A stretch of DNA of 64,000 bases from Clostridia bacterium. GTDB lineage: Bacteria; Bacillota; Clostridia; Oscillospirales; UBA644. The DNA is taken from assembly GCA_017621705.1 (NCBI GenBank), contig JAGASR010000036.1, positions 6,837-70,836 on the forward strand, given 5' to 3'. A program made the position numbers and the translations under genes. Positions 1 through 9,144 of the stretch are shown here, piece by piece (positions within the stretch are counted from its first letter, which is position 1; each line of letters opens with the position of its first letter). A model generated the notes under the pieces. It ran no database searches, was not told the origin of the DNA, and saw only the letters and a program-made list of their open reading frames with translations.

Positions 1-268
1 AAAGCTCTTCAGGCATAAGCATTGCCCTCGGAACGTCCGCAGAAGTTCGGTTCACGCAATATTTGCAATCGTATATACAATTATTTGTCATTAAAACTTT
101 AAGCAGAGATATACAGCGACCGTCCGCCGTAAAGGAATGACAGACACCTCCGACATTCGTCAGACCTATCTTACCCTTTTGCGGACCTCTTGACGAGCCC
201 GACGACGAACAAGAGACATCATATTTTGCGCCTTCGGTAAGAACTCTGAATTTTTCTTTGAGAGTCAT
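1..268 (-). CDS. putative DNA modification/repair radical SAM protein, N-terminal part only (CDS runs off the left edge)
   Basis: Absent from the ORF track because there is no stop in the window. ATG at 266-268 (minus) lies just after a GAGGGGAG RBS. Translation is MTLKEKFRVLTEGAKYDVSCSSSGSSRG...GVCHSFTADGRCISLLKVLMTNNCIYDCKYCVNR. It carries the CxxxCxxC radical-SAM motif (CIYDCKYC) and the AKYDxSCxSSG N-terminal signature that I associate with the TIGR03916-type family. Confidence 0.75.
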   Translation of the reverse strand, partial: MTLKEKFRVLTEGAKYDVSCSSSGSSRGPQKGKIGLTNVGGVCHSFTADGRCISLLKVLMTNNCIYDCKYCVNRTSADVPRAMLMPEEL

Positions 269-430
269 AATTCTCCCCTCTCAATGTTTTTATTTCGTTT
301 ATGTGAGCATTGTATCACATAAACGAAAGTTTGTCAACACGTTTCGTGAAAATATTTTTATTTATCACGCAAATAAGCAAAAAAATACTCCGACAGGCGA
401 GCTGTCGGAGCGTTTCTGTAAAAATAAAAT

Positions 431-1246
431 TTATCTGTAGATGGATTTGATATAATCTCTGCTCATCTTTGCGGTTTCGAGAACGGGGGTTTCGTAGGAG
501 TTATCCTGTTCAACGATTACCCAACCTGCGCCGCATTCTTCGGAAGCTTTGATGATTGAGGGGAAATCCTGAACGCCGTAACCAACGGGACGGAAACGGA
601 ATTCTTCGGTAACGGATGCTTCTTTATCAATGCCGATAAGAGCATACATATTTTCGCTCTTGGAGCCGACAAAGTCTTTGAGGTGAACTACGGGGCAGTT
701 GCCTGCGTAAGTTTTGATATATTCAACGGGATCTTCGCCTGCAACGCGTACCCAGCAGGTATCGAATTCGGGTTTGATCACGTCAAGACCTGCGGTCTTG
801 TAGAGATAGTCGAGAGCATAAGTGCCGTCGGGCATTTTTTCGAATTCGAAGTCGTGGTTGTGGTAAAGAAGAGCGATTCCGTATTTTTTGCATTCGTCGC
901 TGATCTTCTTGATGTTTTCGAGAACTTTATCGAAATCGGGAGCAGTCGGACGGTGCTCAGGATTCATATAGGGAAGAGCGATGAATTTTGCGCCTACGGT
1001 ATTGTAAGCTGCAACGGTGCCTTCGATATCGCTCATAAGATCACCGTAAGAAACGTGAGCAGAGATACATTCGAGGCCGACATTATCGAGGATCTGACGG
1101 ATCTCGGTTGCGGGAATACCGTACATACCTGCGAGTTCGACGCCATCGTAACCCATTTCTTTAACTGCTTTCATTGCGCCTTCAAAATCTTTTTCAGCGA
1201 CATCTCTGATAGAATAGACCTGAAGACCTACTTTCATTTTGCTCAT
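431..1246 (-). CDS. sugar phosphate isomerase/epimerase (xylose-isomerase-like TIM barrel)
   Basis: ORF 431..1282. Start moved to MSKMKVGLQVYSIRD (ATG 1244-1246), 8 nt after GGAGG. The layout (GYDGVELAG, YHNHDFEF, VHLKD, EQD) is typical of the AP_endonuc_2/TIM family. Confidence 0.8.
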   Translation of the reverse strand: MSKMKVGLQVYSIRDVAEKDFEGAMKAVKEMGYDGVELAGMYGIPATEIRQILDNVGLECISAHVSYGDLMSDIEGTVAAYNTVGAKFIALPYMNPEHRPTAPDFDKVLENIKKISDECKKYGIALLYHNHDFEFEKMPDGTYALDYLYKTAGLDVIKPEFDTCWVRVAGEDPVEYIKTYAGNCPVVHLKDFVGSKSENMYALIGIDKEASVTEEFRFRPVGYGVQDFPSIIKASEECGAGWVIVEQDNSYETPVLETAKMSRDYIKSIYR

Positions 1247-1340
1247 TGCAAAACCTCCAAAAATAATTATTATACTTGACAAAAAACTTAAATTATGATA
1301 AGATAAGTCTGTAAAATATCACATAAAGGTGGTTATTATT

Positions 1341-2345
1341 ATGAAGAAGAAAATTATCGCATATCTCAGCCAGAATGACTTCACTGAAGAAGACGCTAAA
1401 AGACTTACTCACGTAAACGTTGCATTCGGCAGAGTTCACACAGACGGAACTATCGATGAAAGCCATAGCGTTAACGAAAATATCGCTAAATATAAGAGCT
1501 GGAACCCCGATCTTAAATTCGTTCTCTCTCTCGTTCAGGCAGAAGCAAACTCTTTCACTTCCGTTTGCGCAAGCAAAGAAGCTATGAAGAAGATGGGCGA
1601 AGAAGCAGTCAGAATAGTTACTACTACCGATTACGACGGCGTTGACCTCGACTGGGAATACCCCACTGTTCCTTCCAACGGTCAGGATACCTGCCCCGAA
1701 GATAAATACCGCTTTACCGAACTTATCAAAACCCTCAGAGAACACCTCGATGCTACCGGTGACAAATATCTTCTCACCATCGCTGCAGGCGCTGACCTCT
1801 ACTATGCTGAAGGTACAGAACTCGATAAACTCTCTGAATATCTCGACTATATCAACGTAATGACTTACGACCTCAAGTGCGGTTTCCACTCTCTTGCAGG
1901 TCACCACACTCAGCTCTTCTCCTCTACCGGTGACGTATTCAGAAACAGCTGCGACCAGGCTCTCCGTCTTTTCCATTCTTACGGCGTACCCAAGGAAAAA
2001 CTTCTCCTCGGCGCTGCTATGTATTCCAGAAAAGCAGATGATCTCAGAGACAGAAACCACGGTCTTCTCCAGATCTCTCCCAAACCCATGGGTTACGGCC
2101 CCGACTACTCCATCCTTGTTGACAAATATATCAATAAGAACGGCTATGTTCGTTACTGGGACGATGAAGCAAAAGCCCCCTGGCTCTTCAACGGCAGCAC
2201 TCTTATTTCCTACGATGACCCCGAATCCATGACCCTTAAGGCTCAGTACGTTCTTGATAACGATTTCGGCGGCGTTTTCTATTGGGAACACAAGTGCGAC
2301 AGCACCAGAACTCTTCTCGCAGCGCTTTACGAAGTACTCAAATAA
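1341..2345 (+). CDS. glycoside hydrolase family 18 (chitinase/endo-beta-N-acetylglucosaminidase-like), no signal peptide
   Basis: Catalytic DxxDxDxE motif DGVDLDWEYP, plus INVMTYD and FYWE motifs. ATG at 1341 follows AAAGGTGG. The N-terminus MKKKIIAYLSQNDF has no hydrophobic leader. Confidence 0.85.
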   Translation: MKKKIIAYLSQNDFTEEDAKRLTHVNVAFGRVHTDGTIDESHSVNENIAKYKSWNPDLKFVLSLVQAEANSFTSVCASKEAMKKMGEEAVRIVTTTDYDGVDLDWEYPTVPSNGQDTCPEDKYRFTELIKTLREHLDATGDKYLLTIAAGADLYYAEGTELDKLSEYLDYINVMTYDLKCGFHSLAGHHTQLFSSTGDVFRNSCDQALRLFHSYGVPKEKLLLGAAMYSRKADDLRDRNHGLLQISPKPMGYGPDYSILVDKYINKNGYVRYWDDEAKAPWLFNGSTLISYDDPESMTLKAQYVLDNDFGGVFYWEHKCDSTRTLLAALYEVLK

Positions 2346-2413
2346 TTGAACCACTACGTTAAAGTATAGCACAATATTTTCTTATTGTCAAGAAATAAAA
2401 TTGTCAATACAAT

Positions 2414-2448
2414 GGGCACGGAAATAATCCGTGCCCGTTATTTTTATT
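2414..2448. terminator. bidirectional intrinsic terminator between GH18 and lipoprotein paralog 1
   Basis: GGGCACGGA-aataa-TCCGTGCCC followed by gttattttta. Confidence 0.75.
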
Positions 2449-2456
2449 AAAATGAC

Positions 2457-3842
2457 TTATTTGGCAGACTCATTCTGCTGAACAAATTCTGCATTGGGAA
2501 TAACGTATTCTTCGATAAGATTATTTACGGCCTCGGAATATCTTGAAATGATCTCCGCAGAACCGACACCGCGCTTTACGGAGTCCTTTGCATTGGAGAA
2601 ATAATCGTAAATACCGACAATCCAATAATCCCAGCGAACGTTTTCAAGATATGTGGTAAAATATTCAACATCTCTTTTATCATAGAAAATAGTTGAAGCG
2701 TACTGCTCGATATCTTCTTTTGTTTCGTAGCCTTCAAACGGTTCAAACATTCTGTCTATGATCTTTGCCGCAGCCTCGGGATACTGCGCATTGATATAAA
2801 TACCCATGCAGTCAAAGGAATTCACCGCAGATCTCCATACGCCGTATGTTCCGCGAGGGCCGCACGGGAAAGGAACGATACCGTAATCTTCGCTGTCGTA
2901 AATGATCTCGTTTATCATATGAGTCAAAGAAGTGTTTGCAAGTACGATCTCATCGTTAATAAATCTTTCGACCATTTTATAGTGATCGTCAAAAGTTATA
3001 TAATCTGCTTTTTCGGTAAAAAGTTTTGCGCACCAGTCGAATGCTTCGGCAATATTCACGGAATCGAATGCGGGAGAGAAAGTTCCGTCGCTGTTTTTCT
3101 TGACGTAATCGGCGCCGTTCATCATTGCCATATCGAGGGTAAACGTCCATGTTGCATTCATCGCAGTAGCATTGACAGCACCGTCGTCGATCTGATAATC
3201 GGGAAGTATTTTTTCGAAATTTTCCCATGTCCACTCGCCGTTTTCAACGTAATCTCTGGGGTCAACTTTTCCGTAACGTTTTATGAGACCTTCGTTGACC
3301 GCAAAGATGTTATAGGAATACGATGCCTGTTTTCCGGGCCATGCAACGGGTGAAACGGTGTAAACAATGCCGTCTTTCATACCATGTTCAAGAAGACCGA
3401 GTGAACCGAATTTTTCGGAATTCGTATAATCAAGATGATCTTTTAAAATATCAAGAGGATAAAGAACTCCTGCTTTTACGAGATTATAAGGAGTTGTCGT
3501 GCAGGCAATTTCGCCGATATGTGTTCCTGCGGCGATAAACTGGATTGTACTGTCGAGATAGCCGCCGACAGTGACACAGTCGATAGAAATTTCGCAGTTC
3601 CAGTCTTCCGAAATTTCTTTAAGTCTTTTAAGATAAAGATCGGCAAGCAGAGTTCCCTCAGGATACTGGAACGGATGCGCCTCGTCAAACGATTGAACGA
3701 TCACGCATTCATACCCTTCAAGATCGACTTCTGTTGAGCCGAAATCGCTGTATTCGGGTAGAAGTTCAGCTTCTTCTTGCGCGCATGAGCAAATGGTAAA
3801 GCAAAAAGTCAGTAGCAGTAAAAACGATATTATCTTTTTCAT
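2457..3842 (-). CDS. lipoprotein, solute-binding-protein-like, paralog 1 of 7
   Basis: MKKIISFLLLLTFCFTICSCAQ lipoprotein signal (lipobox I-C-S-C). Family motifs present: YNIFAVNE, DPRDYVENGEWTWENFE, MMNGADY, PFPCGPRGTYG, NAQYPEAAA, DRMFEPFEGYET, RWDYW. The motif order resembles family-1 extracellular solute-binding proteins. RBS GAGGTG lies 5 nt upstream. Confidence 0.85.
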   Translation of the reverse strand: MKKIISFLLLLTFCFTICSCAQEEAELLPEYSDFGSTEVDLEGYECVIVQSFDEAHPFQYPEGTLLADLYLKRLKEISEDWNCEISIDCVTVGGYLDSTIQFIAAGTHIGEIACTTTPYNLVKAGVLYPLDILKDHLDYTNSEKFGSLGLLEHGMKDGIVYTVSPVAWPGKQASYSYNIFAVNEGLIKRYGKVDPRDYVENGEWTWENFEKILPDYQIDDGAVNATAMNATWTFTLDMAMMNGADYVKKNSDGTFSPAFDSVNIAEAFDWCAKLFTEKADYITFDDHYKMVERFINDEIVLANTSLTHMINEIIYDSEDYGIVPFPCGPRGTYGVWRSAVNSFDCMGIYINAQYPEAAAKIIDRMFEPFEGYETKEDIEQYASTIFYDKRDVEYFTTYLENVRWDYWIVGIYDYFSNAKDSVKRGVGSAEIISRYSEAVNNLIEEYVIPNAEFVQQNESAK

Positions 3843-3872
3843 TCTCGCACCTCATTTAGTATTTACATAAAA

Positions 3873-3901
3873 ATTATAACATATAAACATATTTATGTCA
3901 A
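3873..3901 (-). promoter_or_regulatory. sigmaA-type promoter of paralog 1
   Basis: On the minus strand, TTGACA (3896-3901), a 17-nt spacer, then TATAAT (3873-3878). Confidence 0.7.
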
Positions 3902-3920
3902 TAAAAGAACTGACGGCGAA

Positions 3921-3949
3921 AACAAAAGCCCGGAAAATACGGGCTTTTA
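3921..3949 (-). terminator. intrinsic terminator of paralog 2
   Basis: AAGCCCG-tattttc-CGGGCTT followed by TTTGTTTT on the minus strand. Confidence 0.75.
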
Positions 3950-3956
3950 TATCATT

Positions 3957-5342
3957 TTAATTTTCAGAGTGTTCAGCTTCGTACTGTTTGATAAACTCGT
4001 AGTTGGGAATTACGTATTTTTCCACATAAATATTCGAAGCATCCGCATGTTTTGCTGCAATTTCAGTACCTGATTTATTGCTTTTTGTAAGAGTTGTTGC
4101 TGTCCTGAAATAGTCGAAAACACCAAATGTGTAGTAGTTCCAACGAGAGTATTTAAGGTATGTTGTAAATAACTCAACATCTCGTTTATCATAAAATATT
4201 CCGGAGGCATATTCTTGTATGTCTTCTATCGTTTCATATCCTTCAAAGGGTTCAAACATACGGTCGAGCACAGTTGCCGCTGCTTCCGGTTCTTTCGCGT
4301 TGACCCAAATAGCCATACTGTCAAATCCTGAATATGCATTCGGATATTCTCCGTATGTTCCGCTGGGTCCCCATGGCATTGAAACTACACCGTAGTTTTT
4401 CGCTTCAAATATCATTTCATTTATCATATGGGAAAAAGATGTTTGTGCAAGAGTCAATGTTCCGTTGTTGAAAGCATCTACCATTTCATAATGACCAAGA
4501 AATGAGATTATATCTTTATGCTTTGCAAATAAATCAGAGCACCAGTCGAAAGTTTCTGTAATTTCGGGAGAGTCAAGTGCGGGAACGACAGTCCCATCGG
4601 AATTTACTTTTATGTAATCCGCACCGTTCATCATTGCAAAGTCTATGATATACCAAGTAAGGTTCATAGCTGTGGCAGTAAATTCACCGTCTTCTATTTG
4701 ATAGTCTGGAAGAACATTCTCAAATGTTTCCCATGTCCATTCGCCGTTTTCGACATATTCTCTGGGGTCTGTTTTGCCGTAACGAGAAATGATATCTTCG
4801 TTAACAGCAAAAATATTATAGGAGTATGCCATTTGTTTACCCGGCCATGAAACAGGAGATACTGTATACGGAACTCCCATATACATTCCCTGTTCTAAAA
4901 GACCGGGTGTTCCGAATTTATCCGCATTTGTATAGTCAAGAAAATCAATGAGGACATCTAACGGATAATACATTCCGGAGGCTGCATTGCCGTGAGGACT
5001 GTGTGTGCACGATATTTCACCAACATATAATCCGGCAATAATTCTGGCTGTTTCTGTTCCGTTTGTTTTATGCAAAGTAACATTGCAGTTTAATTCTGTC
5101 GATATGTCTTTAAGTCTTTGTAAGTACATATCTGCCATGAGAGTTCCCACTGGGTATTGAAACGGACGTTCAAGATCGTATTCCTGAAGAATAGTACATT
5201 CATATCCGTCAAGATCTACTCCGGAATATTCTCCGTTCGGAGCACTGAAATCAAGCAAGAATTCTTCTTCGGTCTGCTGCGAACAGGAACAGAAGCTGAA
5301 AACAAGAAGAAACAGTACAACAAAAGATATTATCTTTTTCAT
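3957..5342 (-). CDS. lipoprotein, solute-binding-protein-like, paralog 2 of 7
   Basis: ORF 3957..5384. Start moved to MKKIISFVVLFLLVFSFCSCSQ (ATG 5340-5342), 7 nt after GAGGG. Same motif set (YNIFAVNE, DPREYVENGEWTWETFE, MMNGADY, NAKEPEAAA, DRMFEPFEGYET, RWNYY). Confidence 0.85.
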   Translation of the reverse strand: MKKIISFVVLFLLVFSFCSCSQQTEEEFLLDFSAPNGEYSGVDLDGYECTILQEYDLERPFQYPVGTLMADMYLQRLKDISTELNCNVTLHKTNGTETARIIAGLYVGEISCTHSPHGNAASGMYYPLDVLIDFLDYTNADKFGTPGLLEQGMYMGVPYTVSPVSWPGKQMAYSYNIFAVNEDIISRYGKTDPREYVENGEWTWETFENVLPDYQIEDGEFTATAMNLTWYIIDFAMMNGADYIKVNSDGTVVPALDSPEITETFDWCSDLFAKHKDIISFLGHYEMVDAFNNGTLTLAQTSFSHMINEMIFEAKNYGVVSMPWGPSGTYGEYPNAYSGFDSMAIWVNAKEPEAAATVLDRMFEPFEGYETIEDIQEYASGIFYDKRDVELFTTYLKYSRWNYYTFGVFDYFRTATTLTKSNKSGTEIAAKHADASNIYVEKYVIPNYEFIKQYEAEHSEN

Positions 5343-5421
5343 AAATTTACCCTCATTCTTTTTTTTAAAATTATAAATAAACATATTGGATTGTTAACGT
5401 AAGCAACAGATAAAAAAAACT

Positions 5422-6009
5422 TTATATTGAAAGGTCGCTTGTTTCATAGAAAGTATCGAATATTTTTTTGAAATCACCGTTATTTTCAAAAAGTATACCG
5501 TCGATACCCGCAAGCTTTGCGCCTTCGAGATTTGATCTGTTATCGTCGATCATAACAACGTCTTCCGCATTAAGACCGACATCAGATAAAACGTACTCGA
5601 AAAATTCTTTGCTCGGCTTTGAAATATGCATCAGGCTTGAGACAAATATTTTATCAAAGAGAGAATAAAGATCGTGTTTTTTAAGGATCCTCTCCAAAAA
5701 CGGATCAATAGCATTTGATAAAAGATATACAGGATATCTTTCTTTCACCTTACGGAGAAATGAAACGAGGTCTTCGTTTATTTCTACAAGGTCATCCCAT
5801 TCGGAACGGATCTGATCTGCGGGAATCCCCGTTCTCTCATAAATACGGCGGTAGGTTTCGTCTTCGTCTATGATCCCTATATCGCCCAAGGAAACAATAT
5901 CTTTTTTTATTTGGTCAGCTTCTTTATCATCAAAATGCCTTCTGAACCATATCGGTGCAATTTCGCAGGAAATTACGCCGAAAAAATCAAAGAAAACAGC
6001 TTTCTTCAT
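5422..6009 (-). CDS. HAD-superfamily hydrolase (subfamily IA-like)
   Basis: N-terminal FFDFFGVI motif I variant, LLSNA, and VMIDDNRSNLEGAKLAGIDGILF motif III/IV. Own TTGAAA-17-TATAAT promoter upstream (about 6040-6070, minus). Confidence 0.7.
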   Translation of the reverse strand: MKKAVFFDFFGVISCEIAPIWFRRHFDDKEADQIKKDIVSLGDIGIIDEDETYRRIYERTGIPADQIRSEWDDLVEINEDLVSFLRKVKERYPVYLLSNAIDPFLERILKKHDLYSLFDKIFVSSLMHISKPSKEFFEYVLSDVGLNAEDVVMIDDNRSNLEGAKLAGIDGILFENNGDFKKIFDTFYETSDLSI

Positions 6010-6105
6010 ATTAATCTCGCCTTATCCTTATAAAATTTATTATTATTCATTATAGCACAAAGCCATACAGATTTCAAGCATTTACGGATATTTTAAGTAA
6101 GACCT

Positions 6106-6135
6106 ATAAAAAACGGACCCTTTATCGGGTCCGTT
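6106..6135 (-). terminator. intrinsic terminator of paralog 3
   Basis: AACGGACCC-gataa-AGGGTCCGTT followed by TTTTT on the minus strand. Confidence 0.8.
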
Positions 6136-6140
6136 CTGAT

Positions 6141-7517
6141 TTATTCATTAAAAGCTTTTTCGTATTGTAAAAAGAATTGATGATTCGGAATTATATATTC
6201 TTCAACCGATTGTTTTGCTTTTCCGAGATATTTTGAAAAGATCTCGGCAGAAGATCGACCTGATCCGGCATCCTCTGTTGCGGAATCAAAAAATTCGAGG
6301 AGATCGGCATTCGGTTCATAATTCCAACGGCTGTTTTTAAAGATCGAAAAGATGAGATCAATATCTCTGCTATCCGAAAAATATGTCCTGTAAAAATCTT
6401 TACGTAAATCCTCCGTCTCGTAATCTTCCCAGACATCGCAAAGGCGGTCAATAATTCTTGCCGATGCAACCGGTTTTTTCGCATTAACGAGAATTCCGAA
6501 GCATGTATTTTCGGAATAGGCGCTCACCCATTTGCCGTATTCACCATTCGGGCCGCAGGGCATGGGAACGATACCGATATTATCGGTATAGCCCATAAAC
6601 CGAATGACCTGATCTATGGAGGTCTGAGTCATAACGAGCTGATCGCCGAGGAATTTCGGAACCATTGTATCATGATCGTCAAAAGAAATGCAGCTTGAAT
6701 ATTGAGAAAAGACATCCGAGCACCAGTCGATAGTCTCGGTTATCTCAGGAGAATCGATTGCAGAGAAAGGTCTTCCTTCTCGAACGGTAACATAATCAGC
6801 GCCGTTCATCAACGCAAAATCGAGAATCGAATGGGTAATATTAACGGATTTTGCGCGGACAGAACCATCGTTGATAACATATTCCGGAAGAATACGTTCA
6901 AATGTATCCCATGTCCATTCGTGATTTTCAAGAAGATCACGGGGATCATCAAGACCGTAGCGTTTAACAAGATTTTCATTAACGGCAAAAATTCCATAAG
7001 AACCGATAGGTATTTGCTTGCCTGGCCATAAAGCGGGACTGACGGTATAAAGATTCCCGTCATATATGCCCTGTTCTAGAATTCCGTAAGCCCCGAATTT
7101 CTCGGAATTTGTATAGTCGATATAATCCTTCAGATCGTTAAGAGGGTGAAATGCGCCGACAGAAACAAGGTTTGACGATCCGATCATATATGCGATCTCG
7201 CAGACATAGCCGCCTGCCATAAGAGTCGGAAAGACAGAGCCGAGATTTTCGCTGCCGTCAATAACAATTTTTATGGAGCAATTCCAGTCGGCGGATATTT
7301 CGGCAATACGTGCTTTCATGATATCGGACTGCAGGTATCCAAAGCGTTCCTGCTCGGACTCGACGAGATCGGACTGCATAATGCTGAATTCATATCCGCC
7401 GAAATCCATAAGAGAATCGAGGCTTCCAGTCTCATAATCAATATCATTGTTCTGAGAACATGAGCATAAAATAAAAATGAATGCGGAAATCAAAACAAAA
7501 GAAATAATTTTTCTCAT
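6141..7517 (-). CDS. lipoprotein, solute-binding-protein-like, paralog 3 of 7
   Basis: ORF 6141..7565. Start is probably MRKIISFVLISAFIFILCSCSQ (ATG 7515-7517), or two codons earlier at 7523, after AAGGGG. Motifs FAVNENL, DPRDLLENHEWTWDTFE, LMNGADY, PMPCGPNGEYG, RWNY. Confidence 0.8.
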   Translation of the reverse strand: MRKIISFVLISAFIFILCSCSQNNDIDYETGSLDSLMDFGGYEFSIMQSDLVESEQERFGYLQSDIMKARIAEISADWNCSIKIVIDGSENLGSVFPTLMAGGYVCEIAYMIGSSNLVSVGAFHPLNDLKDYIDYTNSEKFGAYGILEQGIYDGNLYTVSPALWPGKQIPIGSYGIFAVNENLVKRYGLDDPRDLLENHEWTWDTFERILPEYVINDGSVRAKSVNITHSILDFALMNGADYVTVREGRPFSAIDSPEITETIDWCSDVFSQYSSCISFDDHDTMVPKFLGDQLVMTQTSIDQVIRFMGYTDNIGIVPMPCGPNGEYGKWVSAYSENTCFGILVNAKKPVASARIIDRLCDVWEDYETEDLRKDFYRTYFSDSRDIDLIFSIFKNSRWNYEPNADLLEFFDSATEDAGSGRSSAEIFSKYLGKAKQSVEEYIIPNHQFFLQYEKAFNE

Positions 7518-7536
7518 ATGCATCCCCTTTTTTTTA

Positions 7537-7565
7537 ATTATAACATACGCAAAAAATATTGTCAA
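7537..7565 (-). promoter_or_regulatory. sigmaA-type promoter of paralog 3
   Basis: Minus strand: TTGACA (7560-7565), 17 nt, TATAAT (7537-7542). It directly abuts the terminator of paralog 4. Confidence 0.7.
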
Positions 7566-7568
7566 GGC

Positions 7569-7599
7569 AAAAACGGATCCTTATCGGGTCCGTTTTTTA
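7569..7599 (-). terminator. intrinsic terminator of paralog 4
   Basis: AACGGACCCGATAAGGATCCGTT hairpin followed by TTTTT. The stem sequence is nearly identical to the paralog 3 terminator. Confidence 0.75.
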
Positions 7600-7602
7600 T
7601 TA

Positions 7603-9003
7603 TCAGTTATTTGTTTCTTTGAACTGTTTCATAAGCTCATAGTTGGGAACGACATATTCCTCAACTTTGCTGTTTGCGGCTTCTGCATATTTTTCAATAA
7701 TCTCGGTGCCGGATTTGCCGGACCTAGTCTGAGAAGTTGCGGTTGTAAAATAATCGTAAAGACCGAAATCTACGTAGTTCCAACGGCTGTTCTGATAGAT
7801 ATTCATGAGAAGATCGAGGTCACGTTTATCATAGAAGTAATCCGCCATATATTCCTTACGGTCTTCTTCTGTTTCGTATCCTTCAAACGGATCGAGCATA
7901 CGGTTGATTACCATAGCCGCAGCTTCGGGTTCTTTTGCATTGACGGTGATACCGAAGCTTACGTTTTCAGAATGAGCATTCACCCATTTACCGTAAGTTC
8001 CTTTGGGGCCGCAGGGCATGGGAACAATGCCATAGTTTGATACTTCATAGCTGAAAAATCTGATAACGTGGTCGATCGCGGTCTGTGCGAGGACGACCTC
8101 ATCGTTAAAGAACTGATTGAGCATTTGATCGTGTCCGTTGAAAGTTATACAGTCTTTATAAGTTGTAAAGATCTTTGAGCACCAGTCGAAAGTTTCGCGG
8201 ATTTCTTCGGAGTCAAGAGCGGCAGAAACGGTTCCGTCGCTGTTTTCTTTTACGTAATCGGCACCGTTCATCATCGCAAAGTCGAGAACAGACCAGGTAA
8301 TATTTGCGGCTTTAGTCTGAATGGATCCGTCGTCAATAGTGTATTCAGGAAGAATACGTTCGAAAGTATCCCAGGTCCATTCGCCGTTTTCGAGAAGATC
8401 ACGAGGATCGTCGAGAGCGAAACGGGAAACGAGATTTTCGTTGACGATAAATACGCTGAAAGAAGTTACCGTCTGTTTTCCGGGCCATGCTGCGGGAGTT
8501 ACGGCATACGGAATACCTTTATAAAGAGACTGTTCGAGAAGACCGATAGTACCGACTCTTGCGGCATCGGTATAATCGAGATATTCCTCAACAGCATCGA
8601 GACGGTGATAAAAACCTGCCTTGATAAAAGCGGTCGGACCGGAAGTGAAGATGATTTCACCTACATAGTCGCCGCTCATCATAAGAGGAGTTACGGTATC
8701 GAGACGGATTGTTCCGTCTGTTTTCAAAGTTACTTTGCAGTTAAAATCTTCTGATATCTCATTGATTCTTTCAAGAAGCATATCAGCCATGAGGGTATCG
8801 GTAGGATAAGTCAAAACGCTTGTTGCGCTTTCAGCCATATGGTTCTGCATGATGACACATTCGTAGCCGTCAAAGTCAATAACGGAAGAATCTCCACCAA
8901 GGCCCTTAAGGTCGAGGCTGAAACTTTCTTCCGAAGATTGGGCGCAGGAGCATATTCCGAAAACGAGGCAAATAAGTAAAAGTGCGGAAAATATTTTTTT
9001 CAA
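7603..9003 (-). CDS. lipoprotein, solute-binding-protein-like, paralog 4 of 7 (TTG start)
   Basis: MKKIFSALLLICLVFGICSCAQ. The start codon is TTG (9001-9003), 9 nt after GGGAGG. Family motifs FIVNENL, DPRDLLENGEWTWDTFE, MMNGADY, PMPCGPKGTYG, NAKEPEAAA, DPFEGYET, RWNY. Confidence 0.85.
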   Translation of the reverse strand: MKKIFSALLLICLVFGICSCAQSSEESFSLDLKGLGGDSSVIDFDGYECVIMQNHMAESATSVLTYPTDTLMADMLLERINEISEDFNCKVTLKTDGTIRLDTVTPLMMSGDYVGEIIFTSGPTAFIKAGFYHRLDAVEEYLDYTDAARVGTIGLLEQSLYKGIPYAVTPAAWPGKQTVTSFSVFIVNENLVSRFALDDPRDLLENGEWTWDTFERILPEYTIDDGSIQTKAANITWSVLDFAMMNGADYVKENSDGTVSAALDSEEIRETFDWCSKIFTTYKDCITFNGHDQMLNQFFNDEVVLAQTAIDHVIRFFSYEVSNYGIVPMPCGPKGTYGKWVNAHSENVSFGITVNAKEPEAAAMVINRMLDPFEGYETEEDRKEYMADYFYDKRDLDLLMNIYQNSRWNYVDFGLYDYFTTATSQTRSGKSGTEIIEKYAEAANSKVEEYVVPNYELMKQFKETNN

Positions 9004-9033
9004 AATGCGAGGCCTCCCAATAAATTTTTCTTA

Positions 9034-9062
9034 ATTATAGCATAACAGAGAAGTCAAGTCAA
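9034..9062 (-). promoter_or_regulatory. sigmaA-type promoter of paralog 4
   Basis: Minus strand: TTGACT (9057-9062), 17 nt, TATAAT (9034-9039). Confidence 0.65.
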
Positions 9063-9094
9063 CCCAAAATATGAAACAAATAGATCAAAAAAAG

Positions 9095-9127
9095 CAAAAA
9101 CCCCCGAATATTTATCAAATATCGGGG
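9095..9127 (-). terminator. intrinsic terminator of paralog 5
   Basis: CCCCGATATTT-gat-AAATATTCGGGG followed by a T-run on the minus strand. Confidence 0.75.
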
Positions 9128-9144
9128 ATTTGGAAAAATTCAGT

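Noticed and set aside
258-440. 60-aa ORF in the divergent intergenic region between the radical-SAM and isomerase genes.
   Set aside because: It has no RBS and is A/T-rich promoter-like sequence. Its size and composition are consistent with chance.
1293-2372. 359-aa minus-strand ORF covering the whole GH18 gene.
   Set aside because: Its translation is low-complexity (V/F/S/C-rich) with no motif, RBS or promoter. The plus-strand product has the GH18 catalytic motif. It is a shadow ORF caused by codon bias.
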